DNA of 52,975 nucleotides, taken from the sequence record NC_010106.1; one strand, given 5' to 3'. Below are positions 17,430 through 27,003 of this stretch, in pieces. The stretch is from Escherichia phage phiEcoM-GJ1. The position numbers were made by a program, and so were the translations under genes. The notes beneath the pieces are model-generated. The model had not been told where the DNA came from and did not search any database. It saw nothing but the letters and a program-made list of their open reading frames with translations. Numbering within the stretch: position 1 is the stretch's first letter; every line of letters starts with the position of its first letter.

Positions 17430-19192
17430 TGAATATTAAACAATGCGTCGCGAAGATAAAGCACGATGTACCTGGTTGTAAATCTACGTCTGGAAAATCT
17501 TTGCAAGTTTGGGTTAATACAGACGAATCTGGAAACACATCATATTCTGGATTTTGCTTTGCATGTGGTGTTCTTGTTCCAAATCCATATGGAACAGATG
17601 CAGAGAAGTTTCCCGAAGTCCATATCAAGACGCCAGAAGAGATTCAGGCAGAGGTGGATGAAATAACATCTTGCCCTCCACTTGATTTGGACCACAGAGG
17701 CATAGAGCCTGAGTTTTGGAAGGCTGCTGGTGTGAGGCTGTTGTATTCTGAATACGACGGGAAAACGCCCAACGCATTGGCTCACGGGTATACCAAGAAT
17801 GGTAAACTTGTACGTTGGAAAATCAAATTACTAAATAAGAAGGTTATGTGGTCAGTTGGGGATACTCAAGATAATGACCCATATAACTTTATGGCTGCGA
17901 AGGCCATTGGAGGTAAGACATTATTCATTACCGAAGGTGAAGAAGATTGTATTGCTCTCCGTCAAATCCTTAAAACAATGAATCGTGGCAGTGCTTATGA
18001 AGACCTCGACTTTGCTGTTATTAGCTTAAGTGATGGCAGTAGCTCTGTGCATAAATGCCTTTCTCGTGTTGCAGAAGAAATCAAGCAACGTTGGGAGCAG
18101 GTTGTTATCGTATTTGATGACGATGAACCTGGACGTAAAGCTGCCAAAGAAGCGTGTCGATTGTTGCCTGGTGCAATGATTGCAACACTTCCAGCTAACG
18201 ATGCTAACGATTGTTTGAAGCGTGGCTTGCTCAAAGCTACTCAATCTGCTGTTGTGTTCCGTGCTGCCCGTCCTCTTCCTACAGCACTTGTCAACAAAGA
18301 ACTTCTTATGGAAGAGCTTGATGATGAGGTTGAGCAGGGTGTGGATTATCCTTGGCCCAAGTTAACCGACTTAATGTTTGGTCAACGTCGAGCCGAAGTT
18401 ATTACAATCGGTGGTGCAGAAGGTGGTGGTAAAACTACCTTGTCCCGTCAGATTGTGCATCACAACATTACCAAGCACGATTGGGGAGTGTTTACTGCAT
18501 ACATGGAGGAAACTCCTACAGAAACACTGCGCCGAATGGCTGGCCTTAATGACAACTTGCCATATTGGGAACCTGCGTTTACTCGTGAAGACCCTCGATA
18601 TGATGAAGCTAAGTTCCGTCAAACTGCTGCGAAGATGCTTCGTAACATGGAGATTTGGGACCGCAAGCAAGCTGGAGAAGACCCTTATGAAACCTGGGAT
18701 GGGTTAAAGACGATTCTTCGTCAGATTGGACCAGACATTGATATGTTTGTCCTTGATAACTTAACCTACTTATCGGAAGGGATTTCTGCCTCAGAGAAGA
18801 ACGACTTCTTAGGTAAGCTGTATGCAGATATTACTAAGCTGGCAGACCAATACCAGTTCCATGTGAATATCTTGTCGCACCTCAACCCTGTGGCAAAAGG
18901 TCAGCGACCTCATGAAGATGGCGGACGAATCAAGAAGTCAGACTTTACTGGCTCTCGTGCTGCTGCTAAATATTCTCATGGTATGTTTGGCTTTGAGCGT
19001 AATAGCCAGGCAGTTGACCCAAACTGTTCTATTATTCGTTCCATCAAAGCTCGTAAGAGTGGTAAAACAGAAGGCTTCAAGACGTATTATGACACCGAAT
19101 CTGGTCGAATTATTCAACGTTCTTGGGATGACTCTCTGTTCGAAACTAAAGAGATTGTTCAACTTACTAAGAAGAACGGTCCACACCAATAA
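17429..19192 (+). CDS. DNA primase/helicase (T7 gp4-like)
   Basis: N-terminal Cys cluster (CFACG), TOPRIM motifs FITEGEEDCIAL and IVFDDDEPGRKAA, Walker A GGAEGGGKTT, Walker B-like MFVLDNL. Confidence 0.9.
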   Translation: MNIKQCVAKIKHDVPGCKSTSGKSLQVWVNTDESGNTSYSGFCFACGVLVPNPYGTDAEKFPEVHIKTPEEIQAEVDEITSCPPLDLDHRGIEPEFWKAAGVRLLYSEYDGKTPNALAHGYTKNGKLVRWKIKLLNKKVMWSVGDTQDNDPYNFMAAKAIGGKTLFITEGEEDCIALRQILKTMNRGSAYEDLDFAVISLSDGSSSVHKCLSRVAEEIKQRWEQVVIVFDDDEPGRKAAKEACRLLPGAMIATLPANDANDCLKRGLLKATQSAVVFRAARPLPTALVNKELLMEELDDEVEQGVDYPWPKLTDLMFGQRRAEVITIGGAEGGGKTTLSRQIVHHNITKHDWGVFTAYMEETPTETLRRMAGLNDNLPYWEPAFTREDPRYDEAKFRQTAAKMLRNMEIWDRKQAGEDPYETWDGLKTILRQIGPDIDMFVLDNLTYLSEGISASEKNDFLGKLYADITKLADQYQFHVNILSHLNPVAKGQRPHEDGGRIKKSDFTGSRAAAKYSHGMFGFERNSQAVDPNCSIIRSIKARKSGKTEGFKTYYDTESGRIIQRSWDDSLFETKEIVQLTKKNGPHQ

Positions 19193-19253
19193 CAGAGCTG
19201 CTACGCTGCATGGTTCGCCCACCAGCGTGGCCCTCGTCAACATGGATTAAGTA

Positions 19254-19739
19254 ATGTCCGATGAACAAAAGATTTCTCTGTGGCGAAGTATGTTTTCCTA
19301 CACAGAGGATGGTAAACTTTACAGGAAGATGGAGTCCGGCAAGTTGAAACTTGTTGGTAGCCCTTGTGGACGAGATAAACTCTATCTTAATGTGCGTGTC
19401 GGGAAGTCATTCGAGTACGTGCACCGGATTATCTTTGGGATGCACTATGGATTCTTGCCAAAGCAAGTTGACCATAAGGTGGGATTTGATAACTCACCAA
19501 GCAATCTTCGTGCGGCAGACAACCAACAGAACAATTGCAACGTTGTCAGAAAACTTGGCGCAGTGCCTTTCAGAGGCGTATCCAGAATGAAGAATGGTAC
19601 GTTTGTAGCCAGGATAAGAAACGGAAATTCGAGGATATACATTGGGACTTTCCCAACTGCCAAACAGGCTGCTTTAGCATACAACGAATTTGCAATAAAA
19701 CTCCACGGAGAGTTTGCGATAATCAATAGGAACATATAA
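19254..19739 (+). CDS. HNH-AP2 homing endonuclease (copy 2 of 3)
   Basis: HRIIFGMHYGFLPKQVDHKVGFDNSPSNLR ... GVSRMKNGTFVARIRNG; inserted between primase-helicase and DNA polymerase. Confidence 0.8.
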   Translation: MSDEQKISLWRSMFSYTEDGKLYRKMESGKLKLVGSPCGRDKLYLNVRVGKSFEYVHRIIFGMHYGFLPKQVDHKVGFDNSPSNLRAADNQQNNCNVVRKLGAVPFRGVSRMKNGTFVARIRNGNSRIYIGTFPTAKQAALAYNEFAIKLHGEFAIINRNI

Positions 19740-21673
19740 TGCTCTATCCTTGGGAAAATATGTATGCCAGTGACATTGAAACAACTGGCCTGTTGGAGCA
19801 AATGCGCAAGCAAGCTGCACCACGTCTTCACAACATCGGATATATTGATGTTCTGACTCGTGAAGAAACTGTAATAGAGTGGACCGACAGAAAGTCTATC
19901 CAGGCATTTCTGGATACAGGCCCAACATTAATCATGCACAACGGCGCAACCTTTGACTTTGAGGCACTGAGGTTCCTGGGCTACGACGTTTCAAAATGTA
20001 CACTAATTGATACTTTGTTTATCAGTTGGTATCTGCAACCTCGTCGTGTTAAGCACGGCTTAGAAGGTTACGGCGAAGAGTTTGGTGTGCCAAAACCAGT
20101 CATTGAAGATTGGGAAAATCAAACTCAAGAAGAGTACAACCATCGTGTGATGGAAGACTGCAAGATTCAGTTGAAGCTGTGGGAACAGCAATACATTCAA
20201 CTCTTGAAGATTTATAAATCTCCTAGCGAAGTTAAACGCTTCGTTGAATACCTGATGACAAAAGCTCGTCAACAAGTTATTCAACAACGTACTCGCTGGA
20301 AGCTGAACATTGAGAAGGCATTGGCATTTAAGGCCAAGCTGGAACCAATGATTAAAGAGAAGACCGACGCATTGGAAGCATCAATGCCGCGTATTCCAGA
20401 ATATGTAATCAAGACCCGTCCAGCCAAATGCCACAAAATGAACGGACAATTGTCTGCCACTGGTATTAAGTGGAAAGCTGTTTGTGATGCAAACGGTTTA
20501 GACTGGAAAGACCCAGACTTAGCTATCAAAGTCCTGAAGGGTTATAAGGAACCAAACGCTGGTTCTCACGTACAGATTAAAGATTGGCTGTTTAGCTTAG
20601 GCTGGGAGCCAGAAACATTTAAGTTTGACCGCAATAAGGAAACAGGTGAGACTCGCCAGATTCCTCAAATCACTGTGAAGGATGAAGATGGCAATCCTGA
20701 AATATGTCCAAGCCTCCATAAGTTGGCAGAAAGAAACCCCGAATCTGGTATTCAACATCTTATTGGGATGGGCGTGTATAAACACCGTCTCTCTGTTGTT
20801 AATGGTTTTCTTCGCGACGTCGATGAAGACGGATACCTTACTGCACGATGCGGTGGCCTTACCAATACTTTACGCCTTAAACACCGCGAACTTGTTAACC
20901 TCCCTTCTATTCGTGTATTTGGCGGTGAAGAACTTCGTTCAATGCTGGAAGCGTGGCGCGAAGACTACGAACAGTTAGGTTCTGACTTGTGTTCCCTGGA
21001 AGACCGTTGTAAGCACCACTTCCAATGGATGTATGACCCTGAATACGTTAAGAAGCAGTTGGCACCAGACTATGATGCTCACCTTGCAATCGGCGTAATT
21101 GGTGGATTTATTACCGAACAGGAATCTCAGGACCACAAGGACGGAATTAAGAAGTGTAAACAACGTCCAATGTTTAAGACCACAAACTATGCTTGTCAGT
21201 ATGGTGCTGGTGTACCAACTGTAGCTCGTTCTGCGGGCTGTGACCAGACTACTGCTGCACGACTGCATAAAGCATATTGGGACTTGAACTGGTCTATCAA
21301 AGAGATTGCTGCGAACACCAAAGTTATCACAGTTGATGGTCAGATGTGGCAACAGAATCCAGTAAACAAGTTCTGGTATTCGTTGCGTACAGAGAAAGAC
21401 CGCTTCTCCACATTGTGTCAGGGCACTGGTGCATATGTGTTTGATATTTGGTGTAACAACATCATTGCAATTTGTAATGAACGTTGGGGATGTGACCCGC
21501 TTCTGTCTGGACAATTCCACGATGAATTGATTCTCCAGGTTAAGAAAGGCTTCCGAGATTTGTGGACGGACTTACTTAATGAAGCAATGGACCGAACCAA
21601 CAAAGAACTTAAACTCAATCGTGATTGTGCATGTGATGTACAATTTGGCGATAACTACGCAGAGATTCACTAA
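19739..21673 (+). CDS. family A DNA polymerase (T7 gp5-like) with 3'-5' exonuclease domain
   Basis: Exo I motif YASDIETTGL; polymerase motif A-like DLCSLEDR, motif B KTTNYACQYGAG, motif C QFHDELIL. Confidence 0.9.
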   Translation: MLYPWENMYASDIETTGLLEQMRKQAAPRLHNIGYIDVLTREETVIEWTDRKSIQAFLDTGPTLIMHNGATFDFEALRFLGYDVSKCTLIDTLFISWYLQPRRVKHGLEGYGEEFGVPKPVIEDWENQTQEEYNHRVMEDCKIQLKLWEQQYIQLLKIYKSPSEVKRFVEYLMTKARQQVIQQRTRWKLNIEKALAFKAKLEPMIKEKTDALEASMPRIPEYVIKTRPAKCHKMNGQLSATGIKWKAVCDANGLDWKDPDLAIKVLKGYKEPNAGSHVQIKDWLFSLGWEPETFKFDRNKETGETRQIPQITVKDEDGNPEICPSLHKLAERNPESGIQHLIGMGVYKHRLSVVNGFLRDVDEDGYLTARCGGLTNTLRLKHRELVNLPSIRVFGGEELRSMLEAWREDYEQLGSDLCSLEDRCKHHFQWMYDPEYVKKQLAPDYDAHLAIGVIGGFITEQESQDHKDGIKKCKQRPMFKTTNYACQYGAGVPTVARSAGCDQTTAARLHKAYWDLNWSIKEIAANTKVITVDGQMWQQNPVNKFWYSLRTEKDRFSTLCQGTGAYVFDIWCNNIIAICNERWGCDPLLSGQFHDELILQVKKGFRDLWTDLLNEAMDRTNKELKLNRDCACDVQFGDNYAEIH

Positions 21674-21945
21674 TGCAAACTGTATATTCCATCTTTGATA
21701 TGCAAGAGTCAGAGCACCATATGTTTGCCACTGATTCCGAAGTTCCTTCAAAGGACGCTGTAATTGCGTTCCTTGAAAAGATTAAGGACAAAGTTTTCGC
21801 TTCGTCCGACCCACAGTCTCAAGCATTTAACGATGAGACATTTAAAAGCCTCCAAACTTTAATTTCGGCAACGTCTTCATTTGAAGAGCTGTCCGAAGCA
21901 TTAGTTGGATATGACTTCCGACTTGCTATGTTGCAGGTCGACTAA
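21673..21945 (+). CDS. hypothetical protein
   Basis: 90-aa ORF overlapping the polymerase stop (TAATG). Confidence 0.55.
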   Translation: MQTVYSIFDMQESEHHMFATDSEVPSKDAVIAFLEKIKDKVFASSDPQSQAFNDETFKSLQTLISATSSFEELSEALVGYDFRLAMLQVD

Positions 21946-21975
21946 CTCCTAAACTGAAATTTAAAGGTACTCAAA

Positions 21976-22842
21976 ATGGCATTTGCTGCTCCTACACTGG
22001 CCTCGAACAAGACTCCTTCTGCTGCACCATTACTGGAAGCGGGTGGTTATCCTGCTCGTGTTTGCCGTATTATCGACCTGGGCTTACAGCCTGGTTCTGC
22101 TAAATATCCTACTCCTTCCTTGAAACTTCTGGTGACTTTCGAACTGCTCGACGAGTACATGAAAGAAGTTGACAGTGAAGGTAAAATGGTCATGGTTCAA
22201 GACCCAGACGAAGATGACGGCATCATGATGGCGAAGAATCTTGAAGATAAGCCGCGTTGGTTTGACTTTGAGTTTACCTATAATGCTGACGGCTTCATGG
22301 GTGAGAACTCCCACATCTACAAATTCGCCAAGGCGATTGATGCACTGGAAGTTAAACCTAATCTGGAACAAGGTATTCAGGGCCATCCTGCCAAGAACCT
22401 GCCGGATTGGTTGGGCGAACCTCTGATTGTTGGCATTGTTCAATATACCAAGCAGTCCGGCAAGAATGCTGGTCAGGTTGCGAACAAGGTTGCTACCTTC
22501 TCTCCGATGAAGTCCAAAGAGAAGAAAGAAGCTAAAGCTCTGGTGAACCCGACTGTATTCTTCGACATGTCTGAGCCAGACCTGGAAGTATTCAACAAGC
22601 TGCCTGGTGGCGAATCTCCGTATGCAATCAAGAACCGTATTACTTCCGGTGTTGATTTCTACAAGACTAAGCTGTCTGCACTGTTAGGCGGTAAACCTGC
22701 CGATGAAGGTGCTGTACCGAATCAGGCTTCTGATGAAGAAGTTGATGCAGCTATGAAAGCTGAACTGGAAGCACAGGCTGCTGCAAAAGCACAGCGTGAA
22801 GCGGAAGGTGGTGCTGCTGGCGGTACAGGTATGCCGTTCTAA
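21976..22842 (+). CDS. hypothetical abundant protein (possible ssDNA-binding or replisome accessory protein)
   Basis: 288-aa ORF with host-optimal codon usage, followed by a strong terminator; Ala/Gly-rich C-terminus ending GMPF; the function is a guess from context only. Confidence 0.6.
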   Translation: MAFAAPTLASNKTPSAAPLLEAGGYPARVCRIIDLGLQPGSAKYPTPSLKLLVTFELLDEYMKEVDSEGKMVMVQDPDEDDGIMMAKNLEDKPRWFDFEFTYNADGFMGENSHIYKFAKAIDALEVKPNLEQGIQGHPAKNLPDWLGEPLIVGIVQYTKQSGKNAGQVANKVATFSPMKSKEKKEAKALVNPTVFFDMSEPDLEVFNKLPGGESPYAIKNRITSGVDFYKTKLSALLGGKPADEGAVPNQASDEEVDAAMKAELEAQAAAKAQREAEGGAAGGTGMPF

Positions 22843-22852
22843 TTATAAATAT

Positions 22853-22877
22853 GGCTCCTTCGGGAGCCTTTAATTTT
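22853..22877 (+). terminator. intrinsic terminator
   Basis: GGCTCC-TTCG-GGAGCC hairpin followed by TTTAATTTT. Confidence 0.65.
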
Positions 22878-23913
22878 GGAGCTTACCAAAGTGAGTAAGA
22901 AACGAGTTTTGTTGCTGGTTGACGGCGACATGGTTGCATTCAGTCACTGTGCTGCTGAGGAATACGGCAAAGATTCAGAAGATATTAACTTTGCTAAGAT
23001 TCAAATGTCAATGGATTCCAAGATGGAATTCCTTGCGAAACGTGTAGGAGCTACAGAAGTAGTTACCTGCATTTCACCATCCAAAACATTCCGTAATGTT
23101 CTTGCCGAGAATTACAAAGGCAATCGTGATGATGTTTGGCGACCAGAAAACTTGAAGAATGCGAAAGCACATCTTATGGTTGCCTGGAATGGCGTATGGA
23201 TGAAAGGTCTGGAAGCAGATGACCTCCTTGCCGTATTCGCACGTCATGAATACGAAATGACAATGGGTAAACGTAATGAGATTAAGAGCCTCAAGCGCAT
23301 TGGTCCTTGCACATATGATGAAGTCTGGATTGCGTCGCTGGACAAAGACTTGCGACAAATCGGGCAGAATGGTGGTGCTGGTCCGGTAATTAAACATTAC
23401 CAATGGGAACGAGAAACCCAGGGTATTGGTGAGAAGGTTGTAACTCCAAAGGATTACGGCGAACTCAAACTAATCATCAAGGATAATGGCAAAACGAAGA
23501 AGAAAGAAGTTAAAGGCAATGGCCCTAAATTCTTCCTGCATCAATTGCTTATTGGTGACTCAACGGATAACGTTATGGGTTGCGGAGTTCTTGAAGAAAG
23601 AATCTACAAAACTGGTGCCAAAGCTGGAGAAGCTTATTTCCGTCGTGATGGCATTGGTGCAGTTGCTTCATTCGAAATGCTGGATGGTACAACCTCCTAT
23701 GCAGAAGGTTTGAAGAAAGTTATTGGTGCATATATTATGCGCTTCGGGGATGGTTGGGAACAAGAGCTGCTCAAAGTGGGCCGTCTTGTTTACATGCACC
23801 ATCAAATTGAAAAGGGCAATTGTGTTCGCCTGTGGCATTACAAGAACATTAACGAATACTTTGACCTTAAAGAGAATCGTATCCTCACTCAAGAAGAGTA
23901 CCTCCAGAAATAA
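22876..23913 (+). CDS. 5'-3' exonuclease / flap endonuclease (FEN family)
   Basis: LLLVDGDMVAF and GDSTDNVMG match the conserved FEN/PolI 5'-nuclease acidic clusters; start uncertain (TTG 22876 or GTG 22891). Confidence 0.75.
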   Translation: MELTKVSKKRVLLLVDGDMVAFSHCAAEEYGKDSEDINFAKIQMSMDSKMEFLAKRVGATEVVTCISPSKTFRNVLAENYKGNRDDVWRPENLKNAKAHLMVAWNGVWMKGLEADDLLAVFARHEYEMTMGKRNEIKSLKRIGPCTYDEVWIASLDKDLRQIGQNGGAGPVIKHYQWERETQGIGEKVVTPKDYGELKLIIKDNGKTKKKEVKGNGPKFFLHQLLIGDSTDNVMGCGVLEERIYKTGAKAGEAYFRRDGIGAVASFEMLDGTTSYAEGLKKVIGAYIMRFGDGWEQELLKVGRLVYMHHQIEKGNCVRLWHYKNINEYFDLKENRILTQEEYLQK

Positions 23914-23924
23914 TTGGAGTTGGA

Positions 23925-24449
23925 ATGGCTTACGGTTATTGTGGAACGGAAGCCAAGTTTGTATCTTGGCTCCAATCTGCTATTCGAAGTGTTTGGTCTA
24001 AACACCCAAGCAAACTTGCGCTGATACAATCTCGACGCATTGCATTGAAGGTTGGTGACTCAAAGAAACCAATCTTCCACATTCAATGCTACCATTGCAA
24101 GAAGTTGTATAAGCTCAAAGATATTGAAGTAAACCACAAAGTTCAAGTTGGTGGCCTTCTTAAGTTGGAAGACCTGCACCGCTTTGTGGACAACCTTTTA
24201 CTGGTTCAGCCAGAAGATTTGGAATTGCTGTGTAAAGATTGTCACGGCATTATTACATACATGGAGCGATATGGTGTATCACGTCGTGATGCAGTCATTG
24301 AGAAGAAGTGTATCGCATTTGCCAAATTGTCTGACGAAGAGCAAATTGCCAAGTGCAATCTTGCTAAAATAGAGCCAGTTCCTAAAACCAAAATCGGACG
24401 CAAGAATGCTGTTCGAGAATACCTGAGAAAGAATCTTAATGTCTATTAA
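23925..24449 (+). CDS. HNH/endonuclease VII-like Zn-binding nuclease (possible junction resolvase)
   Basis: CYHCKK ... EVNHK ... CKDCH pattern; GGAG RBS; lies in the replication/recombination module. Confidence 0.55.
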   Translation: MAYGYCGTEAKFVSWLQSAIRSVWSKHPSKLALIQSRRIALKVGDSKKPIFHIQCYHCKKLYKLKDIEVNHKVQVGGLLKLEDLHRFVDNLLLVQPEDLELLCKDCHGIITYMERYGVSRRDAVIEKKCIAFAKLSDEEQIAKCNLAKIEPVPKTKIGRKNAVREYLRKNLNVY

Positions 24450-25194
24450 GCTCCTCGATGATGGTACAAGATACACAAAGGCTCACGCACATGATTGGGA
24501 AGACCCAGACTGCCGAATCAAAGGGCGCTGTGAACTCTTCATCAAGATTGACGGAATTCGAGCTATCCGTAATAAATCAGGTAGTGTCTGGAGTCGTAAT
24601 TCCAAACCCCTACCTCATTTGGACCACTTACAGTTCAGAGATGCTGAGATATTCCGTAATAGTTGGAATGAGACTTCTAGCATCCTCGGACGTATTGACC
24701 CACCAAGCATCCCTCTAACCCAGGACAATGTGTATGAGTTGAGCGATGGTGCTGTTGACCCACGCCTGTACATCGGCTGGTGCAAAGACCCAAGCAATGA
24801 AAACCTTAAGGCATTGATGGATAAATATCTGGCGCTTGGTCATGAAGGTATCATTGTCCGTGATGCAAAAGGTAAATGGTGGAAGATTGTACCATATAAA
24901 TATGCCGATGTGAAGATTACTGGTATGAAAGAAGGTACTGGTGCTCTTAAAGGTATGTGTGGTTCTATCTCCTCGAACTACGGCAGTGCTGGCTCAATGG
25001 TGAAAGATTGTCTGGCAGACCACGGCATTCCAGAATCTAACACATTGATTCGTAAGTGGTTGTGGGAACATCGCCACGAGCTAATTGGTTCGATTATGCA
25101 AGTTCGATATCGTGAGAAGACAGAAGCTGGCAAATTCCGCTTCCCTTCTTTGGTTCGCCTTCGTACAGACAAGAGTGAGGAAAGTTTTGATTAA
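24439..25194 (+). CDS. ATP-dependent DNA ligase (small)
   Basis: Adenylation motif I KIDGIR; C-terminal FPSLVRLRTDK resembles ligase motif VI; 251 aa. Confidence 0.75.
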   Translation: MSIKLLDDGTRYTKAHAHDWEDPDCRIKGRCELFIKIDGIRAIRNKSGSVWSRNSKPLPHLDHLQFRDAEIFRNSWNETSSILGRIDPPSIPLTQDNVYELSDGAVDPRLYIGWCKDPSNENLKALMDKYLALGHEGIIVRDAKGKWWKIVPYKYADVKITGMKEGTGALKGMCGSISSNYGSAGSMVKDCLADHGIPESNTLIRKWLWEHRHELIGSIMQVRYREKTEAGKFRFPSLVRLRTDKSEESFD

Positions 25195-25813
25195 GCGTTT
25201 AGCTGTCATTCTTAATGGCCCACCTGGCTGTGGTAAAGATACAATTGCCAACAAGATAGTTGCTGCCGAGGAATCATACTTTCTCGGTAAGCGTCGATTC
25301 ACTAAACACCAGTTTAAGGATGCACTGTATGAGCATACTGCCAAACACTTTCAAGTCGATGTGGACAAGTTTATCCACTATGCTTCGGACCGTGACCTCA
25401 AAGACTCTATCTCCCTTGCAGGTCTTGGTGGCAGAACACCTCGTCAAGCTCTTATTCACGCTAGTGAAGACATCTATAAACCTCGCTACGGACAAGACTA
25501 CTTCGGTAAGGTTGAAGCTGCTCGTGTTGAAGAACTCACGGGGCGTATGGGTGGCATTATTAATGTCATTTATCCCGATGGCGGTTTTGGTGATGAAGTC
25601 GTTGCCATTGAGTCTGCTTATGATTTTGTCCTCATTGTGCGTTTGCATCGTGATGGTTTTGATTTCACGGGCGATTCTCGCAGATACATCAACCTCCCAG
25701 ACACACCTACCCGCGTAACAGTGGACGAACATTTAGTTGATGGTAAAGTGGGTGATTCTGTATTCAAAGTGTTCAACTGGATTGAGCGCGTAACTTATCA
25801 AGTAGAGAAATAA
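25187..25813 (+). CDS. P-loop nucleotide (dNMP) kinase-like protein
   Basis: Walker A LNGPPGCGKDT near the N-terminus (compare T4 dNMP kinase GVKRSGKDT, from memory); start uncertain (TTG 25187 or GTG 25175); the track ORF 25085.. overlaps the ligase. Confidence 0.6.
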   Translation: MIKRLAVILNGPPGCGKDTIANKIVAAEESYFLGKRRFTKHQFKDALYEHTAKHFQVDVDKFIHYASDRDLKDSISLAGLGGRTPRQALIHASEDIYKPRYGQDYFGKVEAARVEELTGRMGGIINVIYPDGGFGDEVVAIESAYDFVLIVRLHRDGFDFTGDSRRYINLPDTPTRVTVDEHLVDGKVGDSVFKVFNWIERVTYQVEK

Positions 25814-25815
25814 TC

Positions 25816-26415
25816 ATGTCTTGCATGACCCAAGTTGTTGCAGTTAAACGAGTGCATCCTAATGCGAAATTACCTGTGTACGCTACTGCTGGCGCTGCTG
25901 CTGCTGACGTTTGCACTATCTCCGATAGCACTGTTGTCATCAATCCCGGCTGCTCTGCTGTTTTCGATACTGGCCTCCAATTCGAGATTCCAATTGGATA
26001 CGAACTCAAAGTACATAGCCGTTCTGGTCATGGCTTTAAGTCTGGCATTCGCCTGGCAAACTGCACAGGAATTCTGGACTCCGATTATCGTGGCAATCTT
26101 ATGGTTAAGCTGCACAACGACTCGGACACAGCCTTTGTGGTTCAGCCAGGTGAACGTATTTGTCAGGTGCAAGTTAGTAAAGCTACTCAACACCATTTCG
26201 TTGAAGTTGACCGCTTGAATGCAACTGGTCGTGGTGAGGGTGGCTTTGGCTCAACTGGTCGTGTGGAACTTGGTCAACATGAAAGACCACACATTCCTGA
26301 TGGTTCACACTCGCACAGCATCTCTATTGTTGGTGATGGCGGTGTGAAAGTGTCTTTGCCAGGTACTGTTGAAATCACTGGTTCCCACACCCATGGGGCC
26401 GAACGTTACAAATAA
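25816..26415 (+). CDS. dut: dUTPase (trimeric type) with ~50-aa C-terminal His-box extension
   Basis: Motifs HSRSGHGFK, GILDSDYRGN, GERICQ, RGEGGFGSTGR in canonical order; extra C-terminal GSHSHSISIVGDGGVKVSLPGTVEITGSHTHGAERYK. Confidence 0.85.
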   Translation: MSCMTQVVAVKRVHPNAKLPVYATAGAAAADVCTISDSTVVINPGCSAVFDTGLQFEIPIGYELKVHSRSGHGFKSGIRLANCTGILDSDYRGNLMVKLHNDSDTAFVVQPGERICQVQVSKATQHHFVEVDRLNATGRGEGGFGSTGRVELGQHERPHIPDGSHSHSISIVGDGGVKVSLPGTVEITGSHTHGAERYK

Positions 26416-26432
26416 TCTGGAACCTATCTGAA

Positions 26433-26762
26433 ATGAAACTGTCCTCACCTGTTGTAGTAAATAACCGCAAAGTTAAATTTGCATATCTCAAGTCTAATGT
26501 CACCTCCACTGGTGGCGGGACTTATCTCACCCGTGCACTTGCAGTTCGCAACGAAACAGGTGCGGATGTTATCGTTTTCATGCTTCCTCATGGTGAAAAC
26601 ACAATCAAGAACGTCGAACGTATCAAGCGTGGGCGCGAAGATTTAATGTCGGCTGTTAAGCCGCTGATACTGCCATTTAAGATTGTGGTGGTTGTTGGTT
26701 CTACCCAAGCATATCTTGAAGATTTCTATAAAGATATGGCCTGGAGCGATATTAAATATTAA
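26433..26762 (+). CDS. hypothetical protein
   Basis: 109-aa ORF; could be a small terminase subunit by position, but there is no motif support. Confidence 0.5.
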   Translation: MKLSSPVVVNNRKVKFAYLKSNVTSTGGGTYLTRALAVRNETGADVIVFMLPHGENTIKNVERIKRGREDLMSAVKPLILPFKIVVVVGSTQAYLEDFYKDMAWSDIKY

Positions 26763-26779
26763 GCGACACGCGTAATTAG

Positions 26780-26805
26780 GGAGGCTATCTGGCCTCCTAT
26801 CTTAT
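26780..26805 (+). terminator. candidate terminator hairpin
   Basis: GGAGGC-TATCTG-GCCTCC followed by TATCTTATT; nested in an outer inverted repeat AAGCGAC...GTCGCTT. Confidence 0.4.
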
Positions 26806-26817
26806 TCGGAGTCGCTT

Positions 26818-27003
26818 ATGCGCACAATACAATGTCCTAACTGCCATTATGAAATTGCAGAAGATGATTTCATAACGCAGCAATGTCCTATCTGTGATTC
26901 ATACATGCCACTAAACCGCCTGTATTTAAAGGCCGATTCTGGTTTAGGCAGCATCATTCGCATCAATCCCGTGCAAACTCAGCCATTAGTGGATTGTGAT
27001 TAA
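26818..27003 (+). CDS. zinc-ribbon small protein
   Basis: CPNCHYEI ... CPICDSYM: two CxxC pairs; 61 aa. Confidence 0.5.
   Translation: MRTIQCPNCHYEIAEDDFITQQCPICDSYMPLNRLYLKADSGLGSIIRINPVQTQPLVDCD

Noticed and set aside
19739-21673. Possible intron or intein interrupting the DNA polymerase
   Set aside because: Exonuclease and polymerase motifs occur in the expected order and spacing in one continuous 644-aa ORF; the HNH genes flank it rather than interrupt it.
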